Assembly: GCA_965223415.1 (NCBI GenBank)
Contig: OZ245002.1
Span: forward strand, 320,001 to 384,000
Direction of reading: 5' to 3'
Length of the DNA: 64,000 nucleotides
From: Myxococcota bacterium
GTDB taxonomy: Bacteria > Myxococcota_A > UBA9160 > UBA6930
The notes under the pieces were generated by a model. The model was not told the origin of the DNA, did no database searches, and saw only the letters and a program-made list of their open reading frames with translations. Both the position numbers and the translations under genes were made by a program. Shown here piece after piece: positions 52,939 to 61,810 of this stretch (position 1 is its first letter; every line of letters starts with the position of its first letter).

Positions 52939-54626
52939 CGGACCCGCTTCAAGGCGCCGTTCTCGATGCGGAACACGCGATCGGCGCGCTCGGCGAAGGC
53001 CTGCCGGTGGGTGATGGCAAGGATCGTCATTTCGCCGCGCATGCGGACGACGGACTCCACGATCGCCTCCTCGGTCTCCGGATCGAGCGAGGCGGTGGCC
53101 TCGTCGAGGATCAGGAAGCGCGGCTCCCGCACGATCGCCCGTGCGATGGCGATGCGCTGCCGCTGCCCCCCCGAGAGCAGCGCGCCGCGCTCGCCGACCC
53201 GCGCCTCGAGGCCGCCCTCCATTCGAAGGACGAACTCCCGCGCACCGGCGCGCTCGAGCGCCCGCCACACCCCCGCCTCGGACAGATCCGGATCACCGAG
53301 GGTCACGTTCACCCGCACGCTCTCGTTGAGGAGCGAGAGCTCCTGGGGCACGTAGCCGACCATGCGGCGCCAGGCGCGCAGGTCGAGGGCATCCAGGTCC
53401 TCGCCGTCGATGCGCACGCTGCCGCGGCGGGGCGGGACCAGGCCGATCAGGAGATCCGCGAGACTCGTCTTGCCGGCGCCCGACGGGCCGACCAGCGTCG
53501 TCAACCCGCCGGCGGGAATCTCCAGGCTCGCACCCGCGAGCACCGGCTCGGGCCCATAGGCCAGGAACACGTCGTCCACCTCGATGCCCTTCTCGAGACT
53601 CGGAAGCTCGCCGCCGTGGGGACGCTCCGGCTCGGCCAGCGCCTCGTCGATGGTCTCGCGCAGCGACCAGTAGGCGCTCTCCCGGGCCGCCATCGACTGA
53701 ATCTCCTTCTGGGCCTTGCCGATGGCGCCGAGGGTGCGGCCGAACAAGAGGGCGAGCATCAGGAGCGAGGAAAGCGCCATGCCCCAGCCGGTGATCGCGG
53801 CGAAGAGCCCTCCGGCCAGGCCGGCGACGATGACGGGCTCCTGGAGCGCCTTCAGCCCCTCCTTGCTCAGCACCTCGCCGCGCAGGGCGCGGTCGAGCTG
53901 ACGGGCCTCCCGCGCGAGCAGCGGGCCGAGTAGCGCCTCCCGCGCCATCGCCCGCAAGGGCTTCACCGCGTGGAGGGCGTCGGCCAGGTGACCGACCGAG
54001 GTCTTGAGCAGCTCCGTCTGCCGGTTGCCGGCCCGCCGGGAGGCGCGCACCAGCCAGGCGAGGGCCCAGCTGCTCACGCCACCGAGGGCGACCGCTCCGA
54101 GGGTCGCCTTCCAGGACAGGAGGAAGGCGATGCCCGTGTAGAGCGCCGCCTGGAGCACGGCCGCCACCACCAGGGAGCCGTGCAGGAAGGCCTGGGAGGC
54201 GCGCTCGGCCTCGGTGGTGAACGCGTTGGCGATCGTTCCCACGGGCCTTCGGGTGAAGTAGCTCCAGCGCGCGCCGAGCAGCGCGCGCACCAGCGAGAGG
54301 CGCAGCTCCGTCGCCACCGCCGAGACCGCGTAGCCGACCTCGCGGTTCGCGAGCAGGACGAGGGCCGCCTTGGCGAACATCCCGCCCACCACCACCGCGA
54401 GCAGCGCGCCGAGGGTCGGCTCGAGGCCGATGCCTTCGAGGGCGCCGCGCACCTGATCCGCGAGCGGGGAGGGCTTCGCATCGGCCCCGGCGGGCGCGGC
54501 GAGCTCCAGCAGCGGAAGCAGCGTCGACATGCCGACGCCCTCGGCCAGGCTGGCCAGCAGCAGACAGGCGAGGGTCGCGGCGCTGCGGCGGGGGTGGGCG
54601 CGGGCGAAGGCGAGCAGGATGCGCAC
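52935..54626 (-). CDS. ABC transporter permease/ATPase (MsbA/PglK-like flippase)
   Basis: N-terminal TMD; Walker A GPSGAGKT; LSGGQRQR; ILDEATASLD; ITH. Confidence 0.93.
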   Translation of the reverse strand: MRILLAFARAHPRRSAATLACLLLASLAEGVGMSTLLPLLELAAPAGADAKPSPLADQVRGALEGIGLEPTLGALLAVVVGGMFAKAALVLLANREVGYAVSAVATELRLSLVRALLGARWSYFTRRPVGTIANAFTTEAERASQAFLHGSLVVAAVLQAALYTGIAFLLSWKATLGAVALGGVSSWALAWLVRASRRAGNRQTELLKTSVGHLADALHAVKPLRAMAREALLGPLLAREARQLDRALRGEVLSKEGLKALQEPVIVAGLAGGLFAAITGWGMALSSLLMLALLFGRTLGAIGKAQKEIQSMAARESAYWSLRETIDEALAEPERPHGGELPSLEKGIEVDDVFLAYGPEPVLAGASLEIPAGGLTTLVGPSGAGKTSLADLLIGLVPPRRGSVRIDGEDLDALDLRAWRRMVGYVPQELSLLNESVRVNVTLGDPDLSEAGVWRALERAGAREFVLRMEGGLEARVGERGALLSGGQRQRIAIARAIVREPRFLILDEATASLDPETEEAIVESVVRMRGEMTILAITHRQAFAERADRVFRIENGALKRVR

Positions 54627-54630
54627 GGCG

Positions 54631-55881
54631 TCAGGCCGCCCGTAGCGCGCGCGCGACCTGGGCCAGACGCACGCCGTGGAAGAGGAGCGTCGCCGCCTGC
54701 CAGGCCACGACGGCGAGGAAGGCGGGCCCGGCCAGGCCGACGAGCAGTCCGACGGTGAAGAGCGGCACGTTGATGTTGCGCCGCGAGATGAAGGTGCGCA
54801 TGCGCACGTCGATGGGCGCCCAGGCGTGGATCGATCGTCCGCCGGTCAGCCGGGTGAAGACCTCGGTGACGAGGCGGTCCGCTACGTAGAAGCCCGTCAT
54901 CCACCAGGCGGCCGTGAGCCAGGCGCCGCCTCCGAGACCCGCCGCCCAGGCCAGGTACCAGAGCGGCGGATGCACCACGTCGAGCCCGTGGTCGAGCACG
55001 TGGCCGAGCTTCGACGCCCGGTGGGTGAGGCGCGCGAGCTTGCCGTCCACCGAATCGAGGACGCTCATGGTGTAGGCGAGGACGAGCCCCGGCAGCCAGG
55101 CGGCGCTGGCAAAGAGCGGGATCGCGGCGAAGGTGATGACGACGTTGAAGCCGGACACCCAGTTCGGGTGCACGCGATGCCGCGCGAGCGGTCGCAGCAG
55201 GCGCCACACGAGCGGCGGGTAGACGTGCTTCGTGAAGAAGTCCGTCGATCCCTTGTAGTTCGCCTCGAAGAGGAAGCGCTCGCTGCGATCGCGCTCGACG
55301 TCGCCGGCGATGCGGAAGACCCAGGGCGTCAGGTGGCGGCGCAGCTTCGGCAGATAGGACGGGGCGCGTTCCGCAGGCTCCGGGAGGAGGCTGCCGCTCA
55401 GGGTCCAGGCTCGGGCGAGCTCGTCGAGGTCCCGCGCCTCCGGTGCATCCGGCGGAGCGCCTTCGAGCCGCAGCAGCGCCGAGGGCTGCCCGCAGCCCGG
55501 TGTCGGCGCCGAGCCGCGCACGACATGGGGGCCGCGCAGCGAAGCCAGATGGGCGAGCAGGCGCGGGTCGACGATCGCGTCGGCCTCGAGCACGAGGAGC
55601 GCCGGCACGCGGGCGGCGACCTCGGCGGCCCGCTTCGCGAGCGGGCCCTCGCCGGGGCGGCGCGTGACGTGCAGGCCGTCCAGGTCCCGGGGCAGCGGCA
55701 GGGCCGCGCCGGCGCGCTCGTGGACCTCCACCCGCGCGCCGGCGAGGCCCGCGTCGAGCAGGGCCCGGAGCGCGTGCTCGAGCAGCGACATCCCGAACAG
55801 ACGTCGGCCGCTGGTGGCGCGGGTGGCTTCCACGAGGACGTCGACGCCGCTGCCGTCGGCGTCGGTCCCCTCGGGTATCAT
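54631..55881 (-). CDS. CDP-alcohol phosphatidyltransferase family protein with N-terminal soluble domain
   Basis: DSVDGKLAR...GHVLDHGLD signature; HPNWVS. Confidence 0.9.
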   Translation of the reverse strand: MIPEGTDADGSGVDVLVEATRATSGRRLFGMSLLEHALRALLDAGLAGARVEVHERAGAALPLPRDLDGLHVTRRPGEGPLAKRAAEVAARVPALLVLEADAIVDPRLLAHLASLRGPHVVRGSAPTPGCGQPSALLRLEGAPPDAPEARDLDELARAWTLSGSLLPEPAERAPSYLPKLRRHLTPWVFRIAGDVERDRSERFLFEANYKGSTDFFTKHVYPPLVWRLLRPLARHRVHPNWVSGFNVVITFAAIPLFASAAWLPGLVLAYTMSVLDSVDGKLARLTHRASKLGHVLDHGLDVVHPPLWYLAWAAGLGGGAWLTAAWWMTGFYVADRLVTEVFTRLTGGRSIHAWAPIDVRMRTFISRRNINVPLFTVGLLVGLAGPAFLAVVAWQAATLLFHGVRLAQVARALRAA

Positions 55882-55890
55882 CGGCGCAGG

Positions 55891-56730
55891 ATGCTAGCGA
55901 ACCGGGATGAAATCTCGCGGAAGGAGGGGCGGGACGCTGGCGTGCTGGCCTTCCTGCTGGCCGGGCGGCGGCGCGGTGGCGACGCCCTGGCCGAGGCCGC
56001 CGGGGTGAGCCACAAGGCGCGCATCCCGGTCGCCGGCGTGGCGATGGGCGTGCGCGTGCTACGGGCCCTCGGCGCCTCGGAGCGGGTGAGCGAGACCTGG
56101 CTGTGCATCGACGATCCGGAGCTCGGCCACCACGACGAGGTGGCGTCGGCTCGGGACCGGGGAGAGCTGCGCATCCATCCGCCCGCGCCTTCGCCCAGCG
56201 AGAGCGTCGGGAGCCTGCTCGCGCAGCTCCCCTCGCCGCGGCCGGTCCTCGTCACCACCGCCGATCACCCGCTGCTGGACGCGGCGATGATCGATCACTT
56301 CCTGGCCGACGCCTCCGGCCGCGACGCGGACGTCGTGGTGGGCGTCGTCCCCGAGACGACGGTGCGCGCCCGCTACCCGGACGTGCGACGCACCTTCGTG
56401 TCGCTGGCCGGCGAGCGCATCACCGGCGCGAACCTGTTCCTGCTGCGAACCCCCCGGGCCGCGCAGGCGGTGGCGTTCTGGCGGGAGATGGACGCCCACC
56501 GCAAGCAGCCCTGGCGCCTGGCCGCCCGGGTCGGACCCGCCGCCCTGGCCCGGCTCGCCCTCGGCCGCCTCGACCTCGACGGGGCCGTCGCCCGCATCGC
56601 CCGCCGCGCCGGCGTGCGTGCCGAAGCCGTCCGCCTCCCCTTTCCCGAGTGCGCCCTCGACGTCGATCTCCCCGAGCACCTCACCCTCGCCGAGCAGATC
56701 CTCCAGAGGCAACAGGCGAGACGTTCCTGA
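55891..56730 (+). CDS. MobA/NTP-transferase-fold nucleotidyltransferase
   Basis: LLAGRR...HKARIPVAG, VTTADHPLL, GANLF, RKQPWRL, DVDLPEHL; start could also be GTG 55942. Confidence 0.82.
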   Translation: MLANRDEISRKEGRDAGVLAFLLAGRRRGGDALAEAAGVSHKARIPVAGVAMGVRVLRALGASERVSETWLCIDDPELGHHDEVASARDRGELRIHPPAPSPSESVGSLLAQLPSPRPVLVTTADHPLLDAAMIDHFLADASGRDADVVVGVVPETTVRARYPDVRRTFVSLAGERITGANLFLLRTPRAAQAVAFWREMDAHRKQPWRLAARVGPAALARLALGRLDLDGAVARIARRAGVRAEAVRLPFPECALDVDLPEHLTLAEQILQRQQARRS

Positions 56731-56750
56731 ACGCAACGCCCGGGTCGCGT

Positions 56751-57623
56751 TCAGGGCAGCCCAAAGGGCTCGCCCTCTTCGAAGCGAGTGCGGGAGGGGT
56801 CGAGAACACGGGCGCGGCAGGCCCAGCCACCTTCGGGGCGGGGCTCGAGCAGGTGGTAGCGGGCGCGCCGATCGGAGCCCTTGTGGCCGAGGGCGGAGGC
56901 CGAGGGCACGCCGACGACGGGGATCGGCCCGCTCGGACCGGGCAGCTGGGTGGTGACGAAGCGGTGGACGTGCCCGTGGACGACGAGCTCCGCACCGGCC
57001 CGGGAGAGCAGCGCGACGAGCTCTGCCGCGTCGTCCAGCCCGCGGCGGCGGCGGATGCCGGCGGTCCATGGGGGGTGGTGGATCAGGACGATCCTCCGCA
57101 GACCTGCGCGCTCGAGGCCCCGCAGGCAGCGCTCGAGCTGCAGCCTTCCGACCGGCCCGACCCGACCCGTCGCCAGGCCCGGGGCGGTGGGCCGCGCCGA
57201 GTGCACACCGACGAGCGCCACTCCGTCCTGCACGCGCACCGGCGGCGTCGACGCGGGATCGCCCGCGAGGAACGGCCCGAAGGCGCTCCCCATGGCGCGC
57301 CGAGAATCCCCGGCGTAGACGTCGTGGTTCCCCGGCACGAGGAAGACCCGCTCCGGCCCCCCGAGTCGCTCGAGCCAGCCCCGGCCCGCGTCGAGCTCGC
57401 CGGGCAGGCCCTGGTTCGTCACGTCGCCGGTCACGAGCACGCGGTCGGGCGCCGTCCGCTCGAGGTCCCCCAGCAACGCCTCGAGCACCTCGGGCCGATG
57501 CTCGCCCCGCCGCCGGGCGAGCCAGGCCAGCGCTCCGAGCAGGCGCTTCGTCGTCACCTCGGACGGCCGGCGCCAGCGGGGCGGCGTCACGTGGAGATCC
57601 GAGAGATGGGCGAGGAGCGGCAC
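56751..57623 (-). CDS. Metallophosphoesterase (CpdA-like)
   Basis: HLSDLH, TGDVT, PGNHD, HHPP, HGHVH. Confidence 0.93.
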   Translation of the reverse strand: MPLLAHLSDLHVTPPRWRRPSEVTTKRLLGALAWLARRRGEHRPEVLEALLGDLERTAPDRVLVTGDVTNQGLPGELDAGRGWLERLGGPERVFLVPGNHDVYAGDSRRAMGSAFGPFLAGDPASTPPVRVQDGVALVGVHSARPTAPGLATGRVGPVGRLQLERCLRGLERAGLRRIVLIHHPPWTAGIRRRRGLDDAAELVALLSRAGAELVVHGHVHRFVTTQLPGPSGPIPVVGVPSASALGHKGSDRRARYHLLEPRPEGGWACRARVLDPSRTRFEEGEPFGLP

Positions 57624-57717
57624 GCTGGGCGCAGGATCGGCGCCCCTTCATCCCGTCGCCAGGGTCGTATGGTACCGTCCTGGCCTGGTCCAGAGGCGTT
57701 CGGAGGGGGATCGGCGC

Positions 57718-58908
57718 GTGCCCGAGGCCCAGAGTGGGGCTCTTCAGCCCCAGCACAGCGGTGCGCCCGGCGTCTGGGTAACGCCGCCGCGGGAGGCCAC
57801 CCGGCTGTTCGGCGCCTCGCCGACGGAGCGCCTGCGCCGGGCCCTGGCGGGCAGCCCGGCGTTCTCGAGCGACGGCGAGCCGCCGCCGCCCGAGCGCGCC
57901 CGCCGCTGGCTGGTGCTGCGCGGCGACTTCGTCTTCGACGGACGCCTGATCGAGGCCCTCGGCAAGACCCGGGATGTGGTGCTGCTCGCCCGCCCCGAGG
58001 ACGGGAGCGTCCCGGTCGCCGCCCACGTGCGCGGCGGCCAGCTTCAGCAGGCCGCGGCCTGGGTGCGGGACGGCAAGCCCCCCCTGGCCGACGGCATCGC
58101 CCTCGCCCGCCCCGAAGACCTGGTGCATCCCTACGACTCCCGGCTCCGCAAGCGCCAGCCGGCCATCCTGGCGCGGGTGACGGCGGAGACCGCGCCGGCC
58201 CTCGAGGCCACCCTCTTCGACGCCGCCTACAAGGGCGTGACCGACTGGGTCACCCGCACCCTGTGGCCCGTCCCGGCGTTGCGACTGACCCGGACCCTGG
58301 CGAACCGGGGCGTGACACCGAACGCGGTCACCCTGGCGAGCTGGCTGCTCGTGCTGGGGGCCCTGGCCGCCTTCACCGGCGGAGCGTTCGGCGCGGGCCT
58401 CCTGGCCGCGTGGGCGATGACCTTCCTCGACACGGTCGACGGCAAGCTCGCCCGCGTCACCCTCACGTCGAGCCGCCTCGGCCACGTGCTGGACCACGGC
58501 CTCGACCTGGTCCATCCGCCCTTCTGGTGGTGGGCCTTCGGCACCGCCGCGGCGGCCCTCCCGGATGCGCTGGCCGGCGCTTGGCTTCCCCTGGCGACCT
58601 GGACCTGCGTCGTCGGCTACGTCGTGGGCCGCGCCCTGGAAGGCGCCTTCCTGGCAGGCTTCGGCTTCGAGATCCACTCCTACCGTCCCGTCGACTCCTG
58701 GTTCCGCCGCTTCACGGCCCGCCGCAATCCCAACCTCGTGCTGCTGAGCGCCGCCACCCTGGTCGGGCGTCCCGAGCTGGGCATCCTCGCGGTCGCCGGG
58801 TGGACGGTGGCGTCGATCGGATTCCACGCGCTGCGCCTGGCCGCTGCGGGCCTGTGCCGGCTGCGGGGCGAGGCGGTCGTGCCCTGGGAGGAAGCGGCGT
58901 GGGCGTGA
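57718..58908 (+). CDS. CDP-alcohol phosphatidyltransferase family protein (paralog of 54631..55881)
   Basis: YKGVTD, TPNAVT, DTVDGKLAR...GHVLDHGLDLVHPP. Confidence 0.9.
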   Translation: MPEAQSGALQPQHSGAPGVWVTPPREATRLFGASPTERLRRALAGSPAFSSDGEPPPPERARRWLVLRGDFVFDGRLIEALGKTRDVVLLARPEDGSVPVAAHVRGGQLQQAAAWVRDGKPPLADGIALARPEDLVHPYDSRLRKRQPAILARVTAETAPALEATLFDAAYKGVTDWVTRTLWPVPALRLTRTLANRGVTPNAVTLASWLLVLGALAAFTGGAFGAGLLAAWAMTFLDTVDGKLARVTLTSSRLGHVLDHGLDLVHPPFWWWAFGTAAAALPDALAGAWLPLATWTCVVGYVVGRALEGAFLAGFGFEIHSYRPVDSWFRRFTARRNPNLVLLSAATLVGRPELGILAVAGWTVASIGFHALRLAAAGLCRLRGEAVVPWEEAAWA

Positions 58909-59969
58909 TCACCCGCGCGCTCGTGCTGGCCGCGCTGGGGGCGGCCCTGTCGGTTGTGCCGTCGCTGGCCGCGGAGAACCTGGCCGCCGCGCGCCTTCTC
59001 CGGAGCGAGCTGGGCTCGGAGTTCTGGAACCTGACGGCCCGCTTCGAGAGCGGTGAGCACCTGATGGTCGAGGTCTGCGTCACGAACGTCGGGCTCGGCG
59101 ACGGTAACGCGGCGGTCATCGGGCACCTCGTCGAGGCCGACGGCACGGTCCACGCCTTCGACGGCGCCAAGGCGGCCGGCGAGTGGTCCCTCTCGGACGA
59201 TCGGCTCCAGCTCGTGTTGGGCAAGCTCGAGCTCGATCAGCGGGGGCCCGTGCACCGGCTGCGCCTGCTCAAGGAACGGATGGGGATCGACCTCGCCTTC
59301 CGGGCCACCGGCGAGCACGTGCGCCTGGCGGGGGCGGAAGACAAGCGCGGCTTCGAGCTGCTGGGCGTGGAGAGCGAAGTCGCCGGCCGCATCTGGACCG
59401 AGAACGGCGGCGAGCGCTCCGTGCGTGGGCGACTCCTGCGCACGCACCGCTGGGCGGAGGGGCTCGAGTCCTCCTTCGTGCTGCGCCGCATCGAGCTCTT
59501 CACCCTGGACGGCGAGACCGGCGTCTACCTGGTGGAGGCCCTCGACCCCTCCGGCGGGACCCAGAGCTGGCTGCGCATCCAACGGGGCGAGGAGGCGCTC
59601 AGCGCCGTGCCGGTCACGACGCGGGTGGTCTGGGCCGAAGACGCGGGGCCGCCGGGCTTTCCGCTCCCCCAGGCCGTCGAGATCGAGGGCGAGGGCGTTC
59701 GCGGACGCTTCCTGCTGGCGAACGACCTGGTGCGCTACGACCCGCTCCGGGACCTGCCCGCCGCGGTACGCTGGGGCCTCGCCCCCTTCATCCGCTGGCG
59801 CACGGCGTGGAGTGCGGGCTCCTTCGAGCTGCAGCTGGGCGCGGACGCCGGGGGGCCCCTCCAGCTCCGCGGACGCGGAATGTCCAACGTGACCTACTTC
59901 AACGCGGTGTCGGAGGCGCAGAGCGTCGCCTCACCGCCCGCCGAGGTGACATGCGGATCGGAGTGCTGA
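58905..59969 (+). CDS. Exported beta-rich hypothetical protein (possible AttH/CrtC/Svf1 lipocalin-like fold)
   Basis: GTGA overlap with the upstream stop; signal peptide ending SLA-A; beta-strand-rich; EFW motif near the N-terminus. Confidence 0.6.
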   Translation: MITRALVLAALGAALSVVPSLAAENLAAARLLRSELGSEFWNLTARFESGEHLMVEVCVTNVGLGDGNAAVIGHLVEADGTVHAFDGAKAAGEWSLSDDRLQLVLGKLELDQRGPVHRLRLLKERMGIDLAFRATGEHVRLAGAEDKRGFELLGVESEVAGRIWTENGGERSVRGRLLRTHRWAEGLESSFVLRRIELFTLDGETGVYLVEALDPSGGTQSWLRIQRGEEALSAVPVTTRVVWAEDAGPPGFPLPQAVEIEGEGVRGRFLLANDLVRYDPLRDLPAAVRWGLAPFIRWRTAWSAGSFELQLGADAGGPLQLRGRGMSNVTYFNAVSEAQSVASPPAEVTCGSEC

Positions 59970-60898
59970 CGAACCTGAGCGCCGGGGGACGTCACCGGGC
60001 GGCCCACGCGGTGCTCGCGGAAGCCGACCGCCACGCTTCGGTGATCCAGCGCGAGACCGCCGGCAGCCAGATGGTGCCGGACGCGGTGGCGGAGTTCGCG
60101 GACCGGGGCGTCGACGTCCTCGTGGTCAACGGAGGCGACGGCACCCTCCAGCGGGCGTTGACCGAGGTGCTCGGGCACACACCTGGCTGGCGCCCGAAGA
60201 TCGCGCCGCTGCGGAGCGGGCGGACGAACATGGCAGCCCTCGACGTCGGGGCCGGTCGCACCCCCGCAGCGGGCCTCCGCAGTCTGGTGGACGACGCTCA
60301 GCAGGGACGCATCGCCGAGCGGGTCGTGCGGCGGCCGGTGCTGTGCATGGAGCTGGTCGGGGAGGAGCCGCCCCACTACGGGATGTTCTTCGGGGCCGGC
60401 GTCATCTGTCGCGCCATCCAGCTCACCCACCAGGCCTTTCCGAAGGGCAAGGCCCAGGGCGTGTTCGGCTCGTCCCTGGTCACCGGCACGCTACTGGCCC
60501 AGCTGCTCTCGGGGCGTCGGGCGGGAGTCCTCGCGCCGGACAAGGTGCAGCTGACCCTCGACGAGCAGCCCGCCGGCGCCGACGCCTACACCCTGGTGAT
60601 CGCCACGACCCTCGAGCGCCTGTTCCTGCGCATGCGTCCCTTCTGGGGGACGGGGCCGGGACCCGTGCGTCTGACGACGATGACCGCGGGCGTCCGCGGG
60701 CTCGGGCGCGCCCTGCCGCGCATCCTGCGGGGCAGGGCGCCGGCCGGGCCGGCGGAAGGCCTCGAGAGCCGCAACGCCCGGGAGGGCCGGTTCCGACTCG
60801 ACTGCGACGTGTCCCTGGACGGCGAGCTCTTCGGGCCCCGCGAGACACGGGTCGTGCGGCTATCGGCGCCGGAACAGATCGAGTTCCTGCGGGTGTGA
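59951..60898 (+). CDS. Diacylglycerol/sphingosine/ceramide kinase family protein
   Basis: Start ATG 59951; LTNLSAG, NGGDGT, GRTNM.A.D.G, LDGE. Confidence 0.88.
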   Translation: MRIGVLTNLSAGGRHRAAHAVLAEADRHASVIQRETAGSQMVPDAVAEFADRGVDVLVVNGGDGTLQRALTEVLGHTPGWRPKIAPLRSGRTNMAALDVGAGRTPAAGLRSLVDDAQQGRIAERVVRRPVLCMELVGEEPPHYGMFFGAGVICRAIQLTHQAFPKGKAQGVFGSSLVTGTLLAQLLSGRRAGVLAPDKVQLTLDEQPAGADAYTLVIATTLERLFLRMRPFWGTGPGPVRLTTMTAGVRGLGRALPRILRGRAPAGPAEGLESRNAREGRFRLDCDVSLDGELFGPRETRVVRLSAPEQIEFLRV

Positions 60899-61794
60899 CG
60901 ACCGCCCTCGCCGAGCGCGTGTCCGAGGAGCTGGCGGGGCCGGCTCCGGAGGAGGCCCGCGTCCTGGCCGAGGCCCTGGCGCGACGCTTCGGCGCCGCGA
61001 CCGCGGCGGTGCTCTTCTACGGGTCGTGCCTGCGGCGGAGCAGCGGCGAAGGCGTGCTCGACTTCTACGTCCTCGTGAGCGACTACCGCCGGGCCTATCC
61101 GTCGCGCTGGCTCGCCCTGCTCAATCGCACGCTCCCCCCTAACGTCTTCAACGTCGAGTGCGAGCACGTTGGAGACACGGTTCGGGCGAAGGTCGCGGTG
61201 CTGTCCGTGGATCACTTCGAGAGCGCGGTTTCACCGCGGTGGGTCGAGGCGCGGGTGTGGGCGCGCTTCGCGCAGCCGGCGCGGCTCCTGTACGCGCGCG
61301 ACGAGGAGACGCGAAGGGCCGTCGTCCGCGACGTGGCCGCGGCGGTGCGGACCTTCGTCGGGCATCTCCCGGCCTGGCTGCCGGATCCGCCGCTGACCGC
61401 CGACCGCTTCTGGCCGGCGGCCTTCGCCGAGACGTATCGGGCGGAGCTGCGAAGCGAACGCCCGGAGACCATCCGGGCGCTCTACGACGCCGCGCCGGCC
61501 CGCTACGCCGAGATGCTGGAGCTGGCGCGCAAGGAGCCGGACGCAGCCCACGATCCGACCGCGGACGAGGTCCGGCGCCGCTGGCGTCGGTGCCGGATCA
61601 CCGGCAAGGCCTGGTCGACCCTGGGCCTCCTGAAGTGCGTCTTCACCTTCGACGACTGGGCCGGCTACGCCCTGTGGAAGCTCGAGCGCCACCGGGGCCG
61701 CCCGATCCCGATCAGCGACCGCCAGCGCCGCCACCCCCTGCTGTTCGGGTGGCCCATCCTCTGGCACCTCCTCCGCACCCGCACCCTCCGCTGA
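60895..61794 (+). CDS. Pol-beta-type nucleotidyltransferase-fold protein (Tam41-like)
   Basis: GTGA overlap; AVLFYGSCLR...LDFYVLV, AK.AV, ARFAQP, YALWKLERH. Confidence 0.7.
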   Translation: MTTALAERVSEELAGPAPEEARVLAEALARRFGAATAAVLFYGSCLRRSSGEGVLDFYVLVSDYRRAYPSRWLALLNRTLPPNVFNVECEHVGDTVRAKVAVLSVDHFESAVSPRWVEARVWARFAQPARLLYARDEETRRAVVRDVAAAVRTFVGHLPAWLPDPPLTADRFWPAAFAETYRAELRSERPETIRALYDAAPARYAEMLELARKEPDAAHDPTADEVRRRWRRCRITGKAWSTLGLLKCVFTFDDWAGYALWKLERHRGRPIPISDRQRRHPLLFGWPILWHLLRTRTLR

Positions 61795-61810
61795 ACCCGA
61801 CAGGGGACGT

